A stretch of 64,000 bases of DNA from Bugula neritina (Eukaryota; Animalia; Bryozoa), in assembly GCA_964035545.1 (NCBI GenBank), contig OZ037772.1, forward strand, positions 8,487,150-8,551,149, written 5' to 3'. The notes beneath the pieces are model-generated. The model saw only the letters and a list, made by a program, of their open reading frames with translations, was not told the DNA's origin and did no database searches. This document shows positions 11,447 through 25,381 of the stretch, piece after piece (position 1 is the first letter of the stretch; each line of letters starts with the position of its first letter). The position numbers were made by a program, and so were the translations under genes.

Positions 11447-14400
11447 ATCTAGATAATTATTTATATAATTTAATTACTAGCCATTATGTAGCCAGCCTAA
11501 GAGTTCTATAAATCTCCATATTAGTTTCTCACAGTCCCAGCCCATCCGGCTGTTGGACATGTACAGGCCATTAATGCCCAACTCAATATACTATTACTCC
11601 CCTAGTCCCAGCCTGTCGAGCTGTTGGACATTTACAGGTCATCACCAGTCAATGTATGAACACATACTACAAATTTTACAATTTAAAGGGCTCGTCCAGA
11701 ATGACGTTAAACTTCAATCGAAAAACTAGGGCTACACAGTATACTGTCATAATATATATGCTACTTCAACAAATAGGCTACATACGATATTTATATAAAG
11801 CGCTTTCAAACACAAACTGTCCCGAACAACGAATCGAAAAACAATTGTATAATTTATATCGCCATGACGACACGTCAGTAGGGCAACACGTACGTAGAAT
11901 CACTACAGAAAATGGGACACCGACACAGATCGAATATAAAATTTCATAATGGTATACCGACAGCATGCATAAATCCGTACGGAAACACAACAAATTTACA
12001 GGCCTTGCAAAAAACAAAAATTACTACTGGACGTCCATAGAGCTCTATACTTTGACATTGACTAGACTAAATTTCATAGACGTATGAAATAGACTGAGTG
12101 CACATTACTCTGGTACATTTTGCTATCCTGCATGCTAGCTAATTAATACTAACCACTTTCTATATGTTGGTGATGGGTATATGTATATAATTTTATGTTG
12201 TGAATTTTCTATTAATGAAGCGCTGCTGCTGCCTGGCCACGACACACATTTAAGCACAACTTGTGCTGGCGCCTCACGTATGACAGTATATGACTTCATT
12301 TAGTATGATACGACAGTAATCCAGTATGAGCGTACTTATTTGAAAACATAAATAAAACTAGCTATAAAAATATTATACTGTAGTTATGTGTACCAAACTC
12401 ACATAAGAGTTACCAGGGATCAATGTTGTTTGCAATTACTTCTTCAAAAGGAAAATAAAATATAAGCTCTATTATTAGTAGGATACATGTGGAGACAAGT
12501 ACGGTGGGGGCTGGCATTGCTACATGTGACTGCAGCGCATGGGGCGTGTTAGCTGCTACCCGTACAGCCTCATTCACTCCCATGTATTGTCTCGATTATG
12601 GCCCCAGTTAGCTCTAATTAAACTCCTCTATACCTAAGTGCAATACTATTTAGTCAAATTACTAATCGAATTAATATATAATACGTCTTATCGCCATATA
12701 AGATTTTCTCTTGAAGTAATCATCTATTAAGCTCATTACCAACCATGCGGGCCTATATACCTTGACAAACTCAAGCTGGTAGTTAGTCATCGTCTGTGAC
12801 TACTGCACCATACCATTATTACTCTCTAACTGATGTGTATTATCAATGAACTGGAAAAGTTCAATATGTATGACAACCATAGTCTTGTGAATCTACAGGT
12901 TCATAGTGTTTATTAATTGATATCATCTTGCTGCTGGAGCAGTAATCAGAGGTTAATTTTCATTCTCTAGGAAAATGTTGACATAGTTGAGTTCTGAAGG
13001 TTGGAAGCAATTAGTGATAATCTAAGGGGAAGTAGTTTTGTTAATTAACCTGATAGCTGGCTCTAAGTGAATCAAACTAGACAGTTTAGGAAATAGTAGA
13101 CCAAACATAAACTTTAATGAGCTGTAAGCCTTACCCAGCAAGACAGCTTGAAATTATTGCTTGAGATATTATATTACACAACTCTGTATGATGAAGGTGT
13201 TTCCATTCTTTTTTGGGTCCTGGATTTTACTTTGTAGACATTTCTATTATTGTGATAAAGATACTCGGGCCTATTGCCTATATCAATTGTCATTCTCCCC
13301 ATATTTATATACATCTTAGTTTGCAGCAGGCTCATGCAGCCATCATATTATATTAATTATGTTAGCCTTATCCTTATAAAGAAATATACTAGCCCCAGTA
13401 AATACACTTATCTACGTAGACCTCTAATCCTTAATCACATATTACATTGGTATAGACTGGTACCACCATACCCCAATCTCCGTTATAGCCTTTTCCCACG
13501 CCATATAATGTGCTTGATATGTATATAGTTGCAATTAGCATTGAATACAAGCTTATAAATGTAAGTCACCACAGCCAATATTAAAAATCAGGAGTAATTA
13601 ATTATAATTCCTTAGTTCAAGTCCCACATACAATTAAATTAGAGTAAACGCTGATATGAGTTTAGTACTACATAAACAGAATATAATACAAGGCCATTGC
13701 TATTACTGTGGGTATAGCATTGCAGACTACAGTTTTTTCCACTATAGTTACAAAGATGGTATATAGAATAAATTATACTAATTATGCTAATCCTTGCCGA
13801 TTTTATACTAATAAGAGGGGCTACTTAGAATTAGATAAGTCATTAATCAAAATAATTGGTCCGGCAACATCTGTCAGATTAAAAGGTTATTATATTTAAT
13901 GTGGAAGTAAGCTTATAAATGAATTGCGTATGTCTCATAATATCTCATTAATCTAGAACAATAGTAATTGATACTTTCCTTGAAGATAGGGCACAACCAC
14001 AACCCATTTACAAATGGCTATATATCATTATACCCTGCATGATTTTTAATTTTAAGATTTAATTTATAATGCTTAGTTAACTATAAAATTCAGACTTAAG
14101 TCGTGCTAACTCATTTAGTTTAAAAAATGGAAATTGATGCAATCACTGCAAAGAAAAAAATAAATAAACGCTGACTGATGAAGCTACTTTCTACCTAGGT
14201 CTTGGCTTGTTCAAGTTTCATCGTTAAGATCTTGCATGCTACATGCACTAACATATTATGGTTATATTTACTGAATAAACGTTTTTAATTTTTTCAAGTG
14301 TAGGTATAGTAACAGTGTAGGTATAGTACAGACTAATATTTAATATACTAATTTCTTCCAATAGAACATAAAGTGATCCACAAAGTGATTAAAGAAAAAA

Positions 14401-14633
14401 ATATATATATATAATATACATACATACATATACATACATACATATTATATGGCATACATGCATCTATAGCATTTTATCTGATAGGCTCTATTTTATAAAA
14501 AGTAACAAGAGGAAATTTGCAACTTTCAATAGACAGGAGTTGAACTTGTTCTTGCTGTGCTCTTCTCTTGTATGTTCTCTTGTTATGTTAAGTATTTACA
14601 GGTGGAACTGTAAATTTTTATTGTGACGGAGAA

Positions 14634-15107
14634 TGTTATATCTGGATTTACAAGTATTATAAATATGTGTAGTTGTCATCTCTTGTTGTTGCATGTGTGT
14701 GGGGTGCACAACTCTAAGTTTGACATTAATATTACTTATAGCGTGGGTGTGGCTTGTGTGAGTGTTATAGCTATATAATCTAGTGCAAATGGGAGAATGG
14801 GGAGACTTGAGACTGACTGAAGAACGATTGAGGATATTTATATAGAATGTATGCGATCCAACTAGTATGTGTTAGAGTAAGTTTGTGAGTGCTAGCCCAG
14901 GACCATAGACTGAGGAGCACCACCAGCCAACTACTCTAACCCGGAGTCTCAACTTCACCCCTACCAGACGGACAGGAGCTGGAGTTACCTCGCAGCCAAG
15001 CTATTAACCCGCAACTGCGCACCGACCCCGAGCTCACCCCAAGGCCACATTATATATATTATTCGGTGAGTTTACAATACTCAAAATCAGTAAATCCCAC
15101 CATAACA
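14634..15107 (+). repeat. 3' LTR (474 bp)
   Basis: Direct repeat of 9356-9829; preceded only by a short purine-rich run (gacggagaa) as the candidate PPT. Confidence 0.96.
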
Positions 15108-15400
15108 GTAGCACTTATTAGTTATTTGTGGTAGCCAAACTAGTGTTTAATATTAATAAATTAAACTGAGTATCATAAAAGTGTTACTAAGAATTTTAAT
15201 TATAATCGTAATGGTGATCATATTACTTTATTATAATTATTATATTTTATCATTAATGCTAAACTGAGTTAATGTATATACTTTGAGTTTTACTATTACT
15301 CATTATATTTACACTTATAGTAAAACTAAATATGTAAAAGTTATACTTATACTATTATTATTCGTATTTCATTAGACTTACATCTAAGATCGCGGTCCTA

Positions 15401-15546
15401 TTACTACTACCACTGATACTAGTACTACAACTAGTACTAGTACTGCTACTAGTACTAGTACTACTACTACTACTACTACTAATAGTACTGTTACTACTAC
15501 TACTACTAGTACTACTACTAGGTCTACTACTGTACTAGTACAACTA
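15401..15546. repeat. Imperfect (CTA/TAG)n microsatellite
   Basis: Runs of ctactactact interspersed with agtact; this explains the poly-Val ORF 15384-15614. Confidence 0.9.
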
Positions 15547-18500
15547 CAAACTTTGAAAATAACTGCAAGAAAGGTATGACTTACTCTTTTTCTTAGTCTT
15601 ACTGTGACTCTCAATCGTAATGTAAAATAAAATTGTGAACTGGAAAGTTAAACCCAAGGCTGAAATTTATTTAATTAAATTTAGACAATCTGAATCATTG
15701 GCTCAATCCTTGAGTTTGACTATTACTATTATTATTAGTGTTACGATTGTGATTATCATTGGCATTATGCCATTATCATTATGATTATGATTGTAATTGT
15801 GGTAATTCTAACATTAATTATAATCATAAATTAAAAGGTAATGATTAATGATAATTATTTTCATTTTGTAATCATAATGATAATCATAATGATGTAAATT
15901 TTGATGTAAAACCAAAATACTAAAACTAAAAGTAAAAGTAAAAGTTATAAAATTAAATGATAAAATATTATAATGATAATTATTATATTTATTATATTAT
16001 TACTGAATATATCATTTCATTAGAAAATAGGTTGCAGCTTAGCATGATTAAAATTCAGTAAAAATTAGTTTACCAACAGCAAACATGCATGCGTCTTGTC
16101 AACATTCAATTCGTAGTGCCATAGCGAAGCCAGATTACTGGTAGTACGACTACTAGAACTACTACTACTAGTGATGGATTACAGATCCTTGGCGATTTTA
16201 GCTGTGAGTGACCTTCACCTCACATTCTCGTCATGTGCGCGGCATTAGACTAAGTAGAGGGTATAAAGCACTGAGCTGGAAAAGAAATAATATATTTTAA
16301 TTATAGGTAATACTAATACTAATAGTAATATAATTTATGGTAATATATAGGTAATATTATTGAGTTCATTGGTATGGAGTATAGACCTATCACTGATAGT
16401 ATCAGTATCAACTACCACTTACGTACTACTTCAACTTATAACTTACCTTCAACTCAAACTGCTTGGAATCATTTGTCTTTGATCATATTGATATTGGCAT
16501 TGTCATTGTGATTGTAGTAACTATTAATATTTTTAGTTCAACATCAATGCCGAACATATTGTAATAACTAATAAGATAATCATAAGGTTGATATATTTTG
16601 CTAATACTAATACTAATACTAATAGTAATAGTTATAGTAATTCAGTGTCACTCTCACTCTGGTGGAGTGAGACTCAGACTTAGAGTTAGAGACAGAGTGA
16701 GTCCGATTAAGTCTGAGTGTTGGTAATAGTAATAGTCATATAAATTCAAATTATATTTACTTATTTCTAGCAATCACAATGGCAATAGTTATAGTAACTT
16801 TCACTTACTCTTAAATCATTGAACCTGAACTAAAAGTAAAATTAAGCATTATGATATGATTATCATTATGATTATACCTATGATTTTATTATGTTTAAAT
16901 TAAAAATCAATATCATGATAATATCATAGTGATAGACATATTATTGATAAATGATAATATAAAAGTAATTTGATAAATTATACATTGATTTTGAATTAAG
17001 GTGATACTGATACTAGACCGGTACTGAAAGTGATAGTAATACTACTAGTAATAGTAATAGTAATAGTCATATAAATTTAAGTTATATTTACTCATTACCG
17101 GCAATCACAATGGCAATAGTAACTTAAACTGTAACAGTAATGGTATGGGTATGTTTGAAATTGTCACTATCAATATTGCTATGAATCAAAATATAATGCT
17201 ATCATACCAATAATTTAAAATAGTATTACAAAGCTTCAGTAGCAACTTTTACTTGTACCAGTTTGGAATTTTGAATTATACATATTCTTAGTTAAAGTCT
17301 TCAAGTTTATTGTCAAAATGAACTTGAAATTAAAGACTTAGTAGTAAAAATTAAACTAAGACTGACTGCAAGTGACTAAGATTAAAAATAAGTAATTTTA
17401 AATATCGATTTAGTATTTTTCTTACTCTTTGTCTTAAAATTGACTTTTATTTTGCACCTACTCCTGGTCAATGATTCTTTTTTCTATTTATATTACTATT
17501 GCTATTAGTATAATTGACTTAAATTTAATAATAGATATGATTATATCTTTATAAATGTGATATTTGATTTTATGAATAGTAATTCGAAAACTCTTTGGTA
17601 TTATTTATTTTTGATCATTGTAGTTATTATCATTATATTTGTATAATAATTATGATTATCAAATTCAATATCGATATTTGTATTATGGTATGGATATCTG
17701 CCTCCATCCCATGTTCTGTTTTGCAGTGCCTTTTTACATTCACGTCTAGGTTCACATTGCGATGGTCATACTGATAGCACTTGGGGACAGTGATGAGCAT
17801 AATGATTGTCACTAATATTAAGATTATCGTTATTAGGATTTAGAATAATTTAATAAACAAGCAACTTAAAACAAATGTTTTTACTAATATACATATTAAT
17901 TACTAATATAAATATACTACTATGAATATCATAATTATTATACTTTACAATTCAAAGTAAGATAATCATAATACGAACTGGTAAAACTAAATATAAAGTA
18001 AATGTAATAATACTAATAGTAGTTATCCATTCCCCTTTGGTTTCACATACTAATAATTGGAAACCTCTGTCCTAATATTATTTCTATTAATATTGCTCAA
18101 AGTTTGATCCCTATTTAATTTTATAGTTCACTCACCAGCTACATAATTTTATTAAAATACATGTGGTATTGGTTATAGTACTAGTGAAACTTGAAGTTGA
18201 ATAGCATGCTTATTACTCACTGCTCTTTGCTTACATTATTAGGGTTACTCTTTAGTCTTAGAGATACCTTAACATAAACTTGAAAGCTGGAGGTAGTACT
18301 AGTCTAGTGCTGTGTTAATCCTACACTGTTGACTTATCAACACTGTGACTATAATTATGACTCCTAAGTCAAAGTCATTTTCATATAGTAGTAATCACTA
18401 TGACAGACTGAAAGTCAGGAAGACTAAATATAATGGTAAAGTGTGTAAGAATAAATCATACTTAATCAATTACTTTTAGTTTTGTTACCAGTGTTGGGTC

Positions 18501-20102
18501 AGCTTTCAGAATAAAGAATAAATATAATTATAAAGATAAATGGATAAAAATTCCAATCATGGTTTAATGTGCCTATTTTAAGCTGTTAATTTAATTACTA
18601 TAATATAAGTGCTCAAAATACAACTTTTGCTTTTCATAATTATGTTTTAATTTAATACAGATACCATAGTATCATATACAGTAGAATCAGTTGTATCTTA
18701 TTTAATAATGAAGTAACTTATTGGAGCTTTCACAGTTATTAATTATTCACTTGTTAGTCTTTGAACTAGGACAATGTTTGAAACTTGAAGTAGAATGAAG
18801 TTTGATTTCAGTTACCGCAATGGTATCTGCAGTCACAATAGGAATACGCATATAACTATGTTTATATTTGTGAAAAATATATAGTCAAAACTAGATAAGG
18901 TAATAGTAATTATAATTGGTTTCACTTTTAATATATTCCTTTAAACTGGAAAATAGACAGAAGCATTTAATCATGAAAGTAAACCTAGTGGAAGTAAATC
19001 AATTCACTAAGTATAGTAAAATATTTACTATTCAGTAAGTTTATTTACTTTAGTTAATTGTACTTGATTATTTCTGTCGGTTTTTCAGTTGATTTTTCTA
19101 CCTTTTGCTATAGCATATCAAACTACCACAAAGTCATGCTTCCGTATTACAATTATAAACATAGTGTTACTGTGTAATGTTATAGTAATGTAAAAGTAAT
19201 ATTTGGATCATTGTAAGTATTTCTGTTGTTGTACTGATTGATAAATATTTTTTAGCTTGCATGGATATTTGCAACGATCAAGATGTCATTTGAACCTGGA
19301 CTGGAATAAAGATGGCAAATCGAGAAGCTAGCTACAATTATTCTGCAGAAAGAAACTTGGTAAGCAAAAATAAGCTGCAGCATTAAGCAGTAAGCAATAT
19401 GACGATGAACTTTGCTTGATTTTGATTGACCTTAAAATATCTGGTCACCTTTCACCAACGTGGTCCTGCGCGGGTGGCGGGTGACCTTAAAAATGTCTGA
19501 TGCACGTAAAATAAATTTTGTGACAGTCAAAAGTATGCTGATCTTTTTCGTATTTCAGTGCTTCGGTGTCTTAGCTTAAGAGCTGAACCCAACAATTATG
19601 ATCTAAAGCTGTTTTTTACTAGAAAGTGATTTTACTGTCTTTCTGATTATTCTTGGTTTTTCAGCTTGATGAATTGAATAAATGGATTTGATTTCAGGTA
19701 TTATGTAATGGATGAAAGAAATTTTTCTTAAATTTGTACTGAGCAATTTTTGCTATTGCTATGATGTTTAGTGATAAAATTGCACCCTTAATAACCCTGA
19801 AAACTTTCATTACTAGCATTTGTTTATGTTCATTTTTAGGAAATTAAAATGAAGACACAACTCACCGATGCTATCTCACTGTGCCTGCATGCAGTTTATC
19901 TAAAAAGGTACTCCTATTAGCTGGCTCTTGCCCAATACCTGGTTGTCTCTGTAACTATTTTTTGCTCGCAGATAAGTTTTTTGAACTTGACATTTTATTG
20001 ATTTTGAAAGTTATAGTGAGATTTGAACTTGCTAGCATCGTTTTTAAAGACTTGCTGCAGTTTTTATCAACATTTTTTAAGTCAATGGTGTTCGTTTGGA
20101 AG

Positions 20103-20395
20103 CTCTCTCACTCCTCTCTCTGTCTCTTTTTCCCACACCTTCCACTCAACCTCTCTCTCTTTCTCTCCCTCTCTCCCACCCTCCCTCTCTCCCACCCTCT
20201 GTCTCTCCCACATTCTCCCTCTCTCTCCCACTCTCCGTCTCTCCCACCTTCTCTCTCTCCTAACCTTTCTCTCTTCCCTTTTCCACTATCTCTCTGACTC
20301 TCTCCCTTTCTCTCTTCTACCCCATCTCTCTTCCATCCTCTCTCCTAACCTTTCTCTCCCACCCCCCCCCCTCTCCCACTCTCTTTCTCTCTCTA
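20103..20395. repeat. CT-rich polypyrimidine low-complexity tract
   Basis: ~290 bp almost entirely C/T on the + strand; this explains the Leu/Ser/Pro ORFs at 19881-20496. Confidence 0.92.
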
Positions 20396-23300
20396 GTTTG
20401 CATGGCTTTACCCAATTTTGGTTTATTTTTTTATTTTGTTTCAGAGTATCCAAAAGGAAAGCTAAAATTTATTTAATATATATTATACCAACTTGAGCTT
20501 TACATATAATATCAAATAAATGCTGTGTTTTGTTAAAACAATGTTTGCAACTTTGTAGTATATTCAAATTCATAATTTATTTGTAGAGTCACACAACAAG
20601 ACACTACTCTGACACACTCACAAGTTGCCACTGATCCAGCAGTATAGATGATTGTTTTCTCCACTGGCTATGCTGTCACGCTTTACTGTTGTGGTGTTTG
20701 AAACAAACCAATTGTTTGCCTACGCAGATTAGGGTGAGAAAAAAAGTGAGAAATGAAAGCTGTTTTTAATACCAACTACACTTAGTTTTTATTGAATGAA
20801 AAACAAAGTGAAATCATTAGTTATCAGTTAAATGACTAAATCACTGTTTATAAAGATGAAACACAAATAATCTTATAATATGCTAATGAAGTTTGGCTTT
20901 CAAATAGCTTTTTTCTGTATATATTTGTTGAGGAAGTTTATCTTCAACAAAACTTAGTAGCTGTTGAATATGCGGAGAGTATTTTATGTTGCATAAATTT
21001 ATAGAGTAAAAGGTTCTTATCGTTTACGTTTACAACTTAGCTCATCTACGGTTTAAAAGTGTGAGTCACCCTTATAAAGTTTTAATGAATGTGCAGTATT
21101 TCATAAAATATTGTGTGTCTAGTAAATTTAGCTATTTATACCTTTTCAGTGAGATTGGAGTAAACACACCTCAAAATTCACATCTGGTATCACATTGATT
21201 TATCGCAAGTCAAAGTACACCTACTAACTCGTCCTTCCTTAATACCTGCTTGCTTTTGCACTTCTACTCATTTCATATACCTAACATTTCTCTTGCAGAT
21301 GAATTACATCTTTTAAGTTGTAAAAGCCTTAAATAGCATGAAATTAATGAGGTTTAAACCGTGGCCACACTAACTATTGATGCGTTTATTGATGGGTTAA
21401 ATTACACGAAAATATTGTCTCTTTCTTTTTAGTTTCACCTAAAGTATTACATACTATTGATGGAGGCTTTGCTGAAGTTTTTGGGTGATGATTTGTCAAT
21501 AATTTTCCAGAGAAGATGATACCACGGTGGCTGAAGTCATTATGCAGTTTCCAAATTTCTTTCGGCTTTGCTCTAGTGAAAATATTGGAAAACAATCAAC
21601 AAAAAGGTTTGTACCATAAACGAAGTTATTGTGTGCATGTTGCCAAAGCATAAAGTGTGCTGGACATTTTTAAGTTTCTGTCGAGTTGCTTTTATGCTTT
21701 TCCTGCATGAAAAAAGTTCCAGTTTCAGTTAATATCACTAGCGGAGTGCCCGCACCTATATTTTAAATCATATTGATGCATAAGTTCTTTTTGTAATATC
21801 AAAAGTATAACTTGCTTAATTGCTATTCAATGCCCTTTGAAGTTTCCAACTGTAATTAATTAGTTGATTTGGCAGCATAATATTGATGATTGATGAAGGC
21901 AGCCGATATAATTATAAGCATAAATATCTATATCTACATGAAGATGTCATTCCCAATGATTGTTATTCTGAAATCAGCTGATTAAGTTATCACAAACTAG
22001 ACATTTTGACCAGCGGCTTTTACAATGCAACTCGGTAAAATTTCAGACCTAGATAAATTGAATTTCTTACTGAAAATCGTGAAGGTATTAAAGTTTAAAG
22101 TGAAAGTTTAAAGGTTCATCTCTCTGCGAATTCTAATAGCATGGTGCCAATTAGACTTGAAAAAATTTCAAGGCACTATAAAGCACTAAGCCCATTCTTA
22201 CAAGTAGTTTCAAAGTGCACTGGAATTTCAGTTTACTTGTCATTGTATAGAATCCTGATTTACACTATATAGCATTCATTATTGCCTGCTTCTTCTAAGC
22301 ATCTATAATGTATTAACTACAGTTTGCTTTCAGAAGTGAATTTCTACTTGGTATTTTTTCCTTATCGTTCTGTTGTTTGCCAGTAGTCTTAATTTAATGG
22401 ATTTTCCCTTTTCAAAAGTGGTTGTGACAATCAAACACATCATGCAGCCTGCAACTACACAATCAGTCAGTAATTTCTTCCATTAAAGTAGCTCTTCTGG
22501 TTACTCTTGCTCACCTAAAAGCCTGAGCCTCATTCAAATTGCAAGTTTTTAGAGTTGTTAATTTTTCATGCAGGGTTTCATTTTTTTTGTTAGGCACAAA
22601 ATTAGTATTCACTAGACCTAATCTTTCATCTGCATGTATGCCCATTGTTTGTTCATTAAAGAAAAACCTCTGCTGCATATTGAACTAATAATGAAAATGA
22701 ATTCCTTAAACTAAAAGTAGCAGTGTGATTTTGGTATTACAATTAGTTGTTAGCATAGAGTCAAGTTATTGACAGGAATTTTCAAATTGAAATGAATGAA
22801 TTTCATTGTAAGTCAGCAAGATTTAGTCTAAGTAAACATAGCATTACATCATGTTTTATTTAGCATTTGTAGAAGGCAACATAATATATTTTAAGGATTA
22901 TTGTTAACTTAAATGTAATTTTAAGTACTTTCCATGTTTGTTATTGTAGATGGTCTTGTTCTTTGGAATGGATCTGACAACTCCTTGTGTCAAACTTAAC
23001 TGATTGACTAATGAATCCCAATCATATGTTTTGCCAAAAATGTGAAAATGGAGTGCATGTCTACTTTATTTGAGAAAATATTAAAAATACTTTTGAAACT
23101 TCATCTAGCCACACAATACAACAGTTTCATTTTATTAAAAAATATCATTTGCCCAAAATGTATTATGTAATCAAACAATTTCTAGAAAAAAAAGTGCTTT
23201 CCTCCAGTTTTGCGAATGAATTACATATTTCATTACATGCTTGTCTTTATAATTTTATTAATTGTTTTTTCTGGTGAGTCAATTAAAGTCAATTCAACCT

Positions 23301-24310
23301 AGAAAAGTATGAATTTCAGACTTAATTTCAAGCTAGAATATTCACATTTTTAGGTCTGCGTTTGCAAAAATTGTTGTGTTACTTTACTTTTTATATGTTT
23401 TGAAATAAATATCTTTTTAGCTTGTGCCTATTCATGATTAGAATAGTATAATAATATTTAACTTTTCTTCAATTTTAATAGATAAAAATGTTGATCAGTT
23501 GGAGTATTCAGTTTAGCTGAATTTTACTTGCTTTTGTGAGAACAATCTTTTGGAGTTGTCTGCCCTTTCTTTAGGTCATTTTTTGACCTATGGTCAACGC
23601 AATAATTATAACTTTTTAAAGATGCTTGTGAACCTAACAATATAACATAACTATCAAACCACATTATTTATTCAATATCTGCATAAAGTTTAGCCGATAA
23701 TCTCCCACCCAATGAGCTTGAAAAGATATTAGAATTCTAGCTTAGTGCTGCCATCAATGTAGATATTTATAATGATATAAAGCCAAAACTCATTATTGCA
23801 TGAAATTATCTAACCATTCCTGACAAAGAATTGAGATAATAACTCCAAAGTTGGTCAGTTGAAACTACAGCAATAATACTCTAATCCTTATAATTGTCAG
23901 GTTTAATTTTATACCAAGCCCCAATAAGTACATATCACTATGACAACACAGCCTAAGCACCTCCAATGCAAGAAATTTAGTATTGTGGTGCTACAAATCC
24001 GCCAGTTACAAATGAGTAGAGCTTTTATGATTATTGGTCTACCATAATGTTTATTTAGTTTTGAGGACTAGCATAAATGCTATTATATGTGGGAGGTATT
24101 TGAAAAGCTTCCAACTCCATCTTCAACTACGGGCTATTATAATTATGCCGATAAACGAGATACTACACTCAGACTGCCCGGTTATAGTACTATGATTGGC
24201 TACTGCAAAATTTTTGCCGATAGACAACATTTATTTATGATGTAATGTATCTCGTATTGGTACATAAGTGTTATGTCTGAGGACGAGATACTGTGAAATT
24301 ATGCCCTGAT

Positions 24311-25381
24311 TTAATCATACTCACCAGTTGAGATGACTTCTGTTGTAGTATTCAGTCCTAAAACGGTGAACGCCTCAGAGATAACTGCAGAAAGCGGAAC
24401 ATCTGGTTGTTCTGATAAATGGTTTGCATGTACTGCATTTTGTTTCCTGAGAAGTTCTAATTGTTGGTGGTAACTAAAAGTATCTGAAAATCCATTTTCA
24501 ACACCTTTTTCTATATAAGTGTGAGATACTGTTGTTGGCAGGTCAAGGAAGGTTTGATGATCTGTATTGACATTAGAACGTTGAGAGTCTAAATTCACCG
24601 AATATATCTCAGAGCTATTATTGCATGTTACTAAAGGATCCCACTCAGCACTATACCTATCTCTACAATATGGATCCTGTCTGTAAGGATCAAGATCTTC
24701 AGATGAATAATTTCCACTTAAACTGCTAAAAGCACCAGAAGTAACTTCAGATTCTTTTGGTAGACAGTTGTTATATGGTGAAGTATCCATGTTCATAAAA
24801 CAGTCAGTGTTTGTATCAACTGTAGAAGTTATAGCAACTGAGCTTGCAGAGAAGCTATGACTTTGAACAAGGTTTTCACAGAGAGCAGGACTCTTCCACC
24901 AGACATCATTTTTAAAGATCTGATATGGCTTTTGCATCTGGTTGCTGATTGGTGTTTGAGGTATTTTATGTGGTTCTATAACTGCAAAATAAACGAAGTC
25001 TTTACAAGTTTAAATTTTAATATCTACTCAATGTCACTCAGTCCCTTCATCAATCAGTCATCCACTCCATCACTCAGTGACTCACTCAGTGACTCACTCA
25101 GTGACTCACTAAGTCACTCACTCACTCACCCACTCATTCACTCACTCACTCACTCATTCATTCACTCACCAACACCAACACCAACACCAACACCAACACC
25201 AACATATACACACAACTAAAAGTAAAATATCCAAGATTTCATTTGCCACATAACATTTGAACACTTGAATGATAGAGATTATTTTAATCAATCAATAAAT
25301 AAAGTCATCATAAAATAATAGCAAACTAACACTTTATTACTTCAACATAATGTGGGACTTACATGACGAACTCACAGGCAT
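24311..25381 (-). CDS. Copy A: finger-less paralogue (exon 1 + exon 2 only); truncated gene or effector-only protein
   Basis: Exon 1 25363-25381 (MPVSSS, GTAAGT donor); exon 2 24325-24981 open and in phase. Homology stops ~12 nt into intron 2, and read-through gives GEYD-stop at 24311. No exon 3 or finger exon is seen downstream. Confidence 0.6.
25064..25204. repeat. (CACT)n and (CACCAA)n microsatellites in intron 1 of copy A
   Basis: Directly visible tandem repeats; related tracts lie in intron 1 of most copies. Confidence 0.9.

Larger units (their letters stand above)
9356..15107 (+). mobile_element. Structurally complete non-autonomous (gag-only) LTR retrotransposon, Ty3/Gypsy-like, 5752 bp
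   Basis: Two 474-bp LTRs with no difference found by eye; TG...CA ends (TGTTAT/ATAACA); 4-bp TSD GTAG at 9352-9355 and 15108-15111; PBS after the 5' LTR; a single gag-like ORF; no PR/RT/RH/IN ORF in the remaining 3.2 kb. Confidence 0.93.

Noticed and set aside
11656-13899. Small ORFs inside the LTR element (97, 84 and 63 aa) as env or accessory genes
   Set aside because: Short, two lack an ATG start, and no recognisable motifs; cannot be supported without conservation data.
15384-15614. Poly-Val membrane-protein-like ORF
   Set aside because: Translation of the (CTA)n microsatellite.
16100-16145. Helitron-like 3' end (gccatagcgaagcc...ctggtag)
   Set aside because: The hairpin is weak and no matching 5' end was identified.
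19881-20496. Leu/Ser/Pro-rich ORFs
   Set aside because: Produced by the CT tract. Some exon-like splice signals occur at 19.3-20.5 kb, but I could not build a coherent gene.
21000-22500. Possible decayed DNA-transposon ORF on the minus strand (fragments such as KCPAHF, CVVAGC)
   Set aside because: Only isolated motifs, with many stops and no TIR or TSD found; a tBLASTn/HMM search would be needed.
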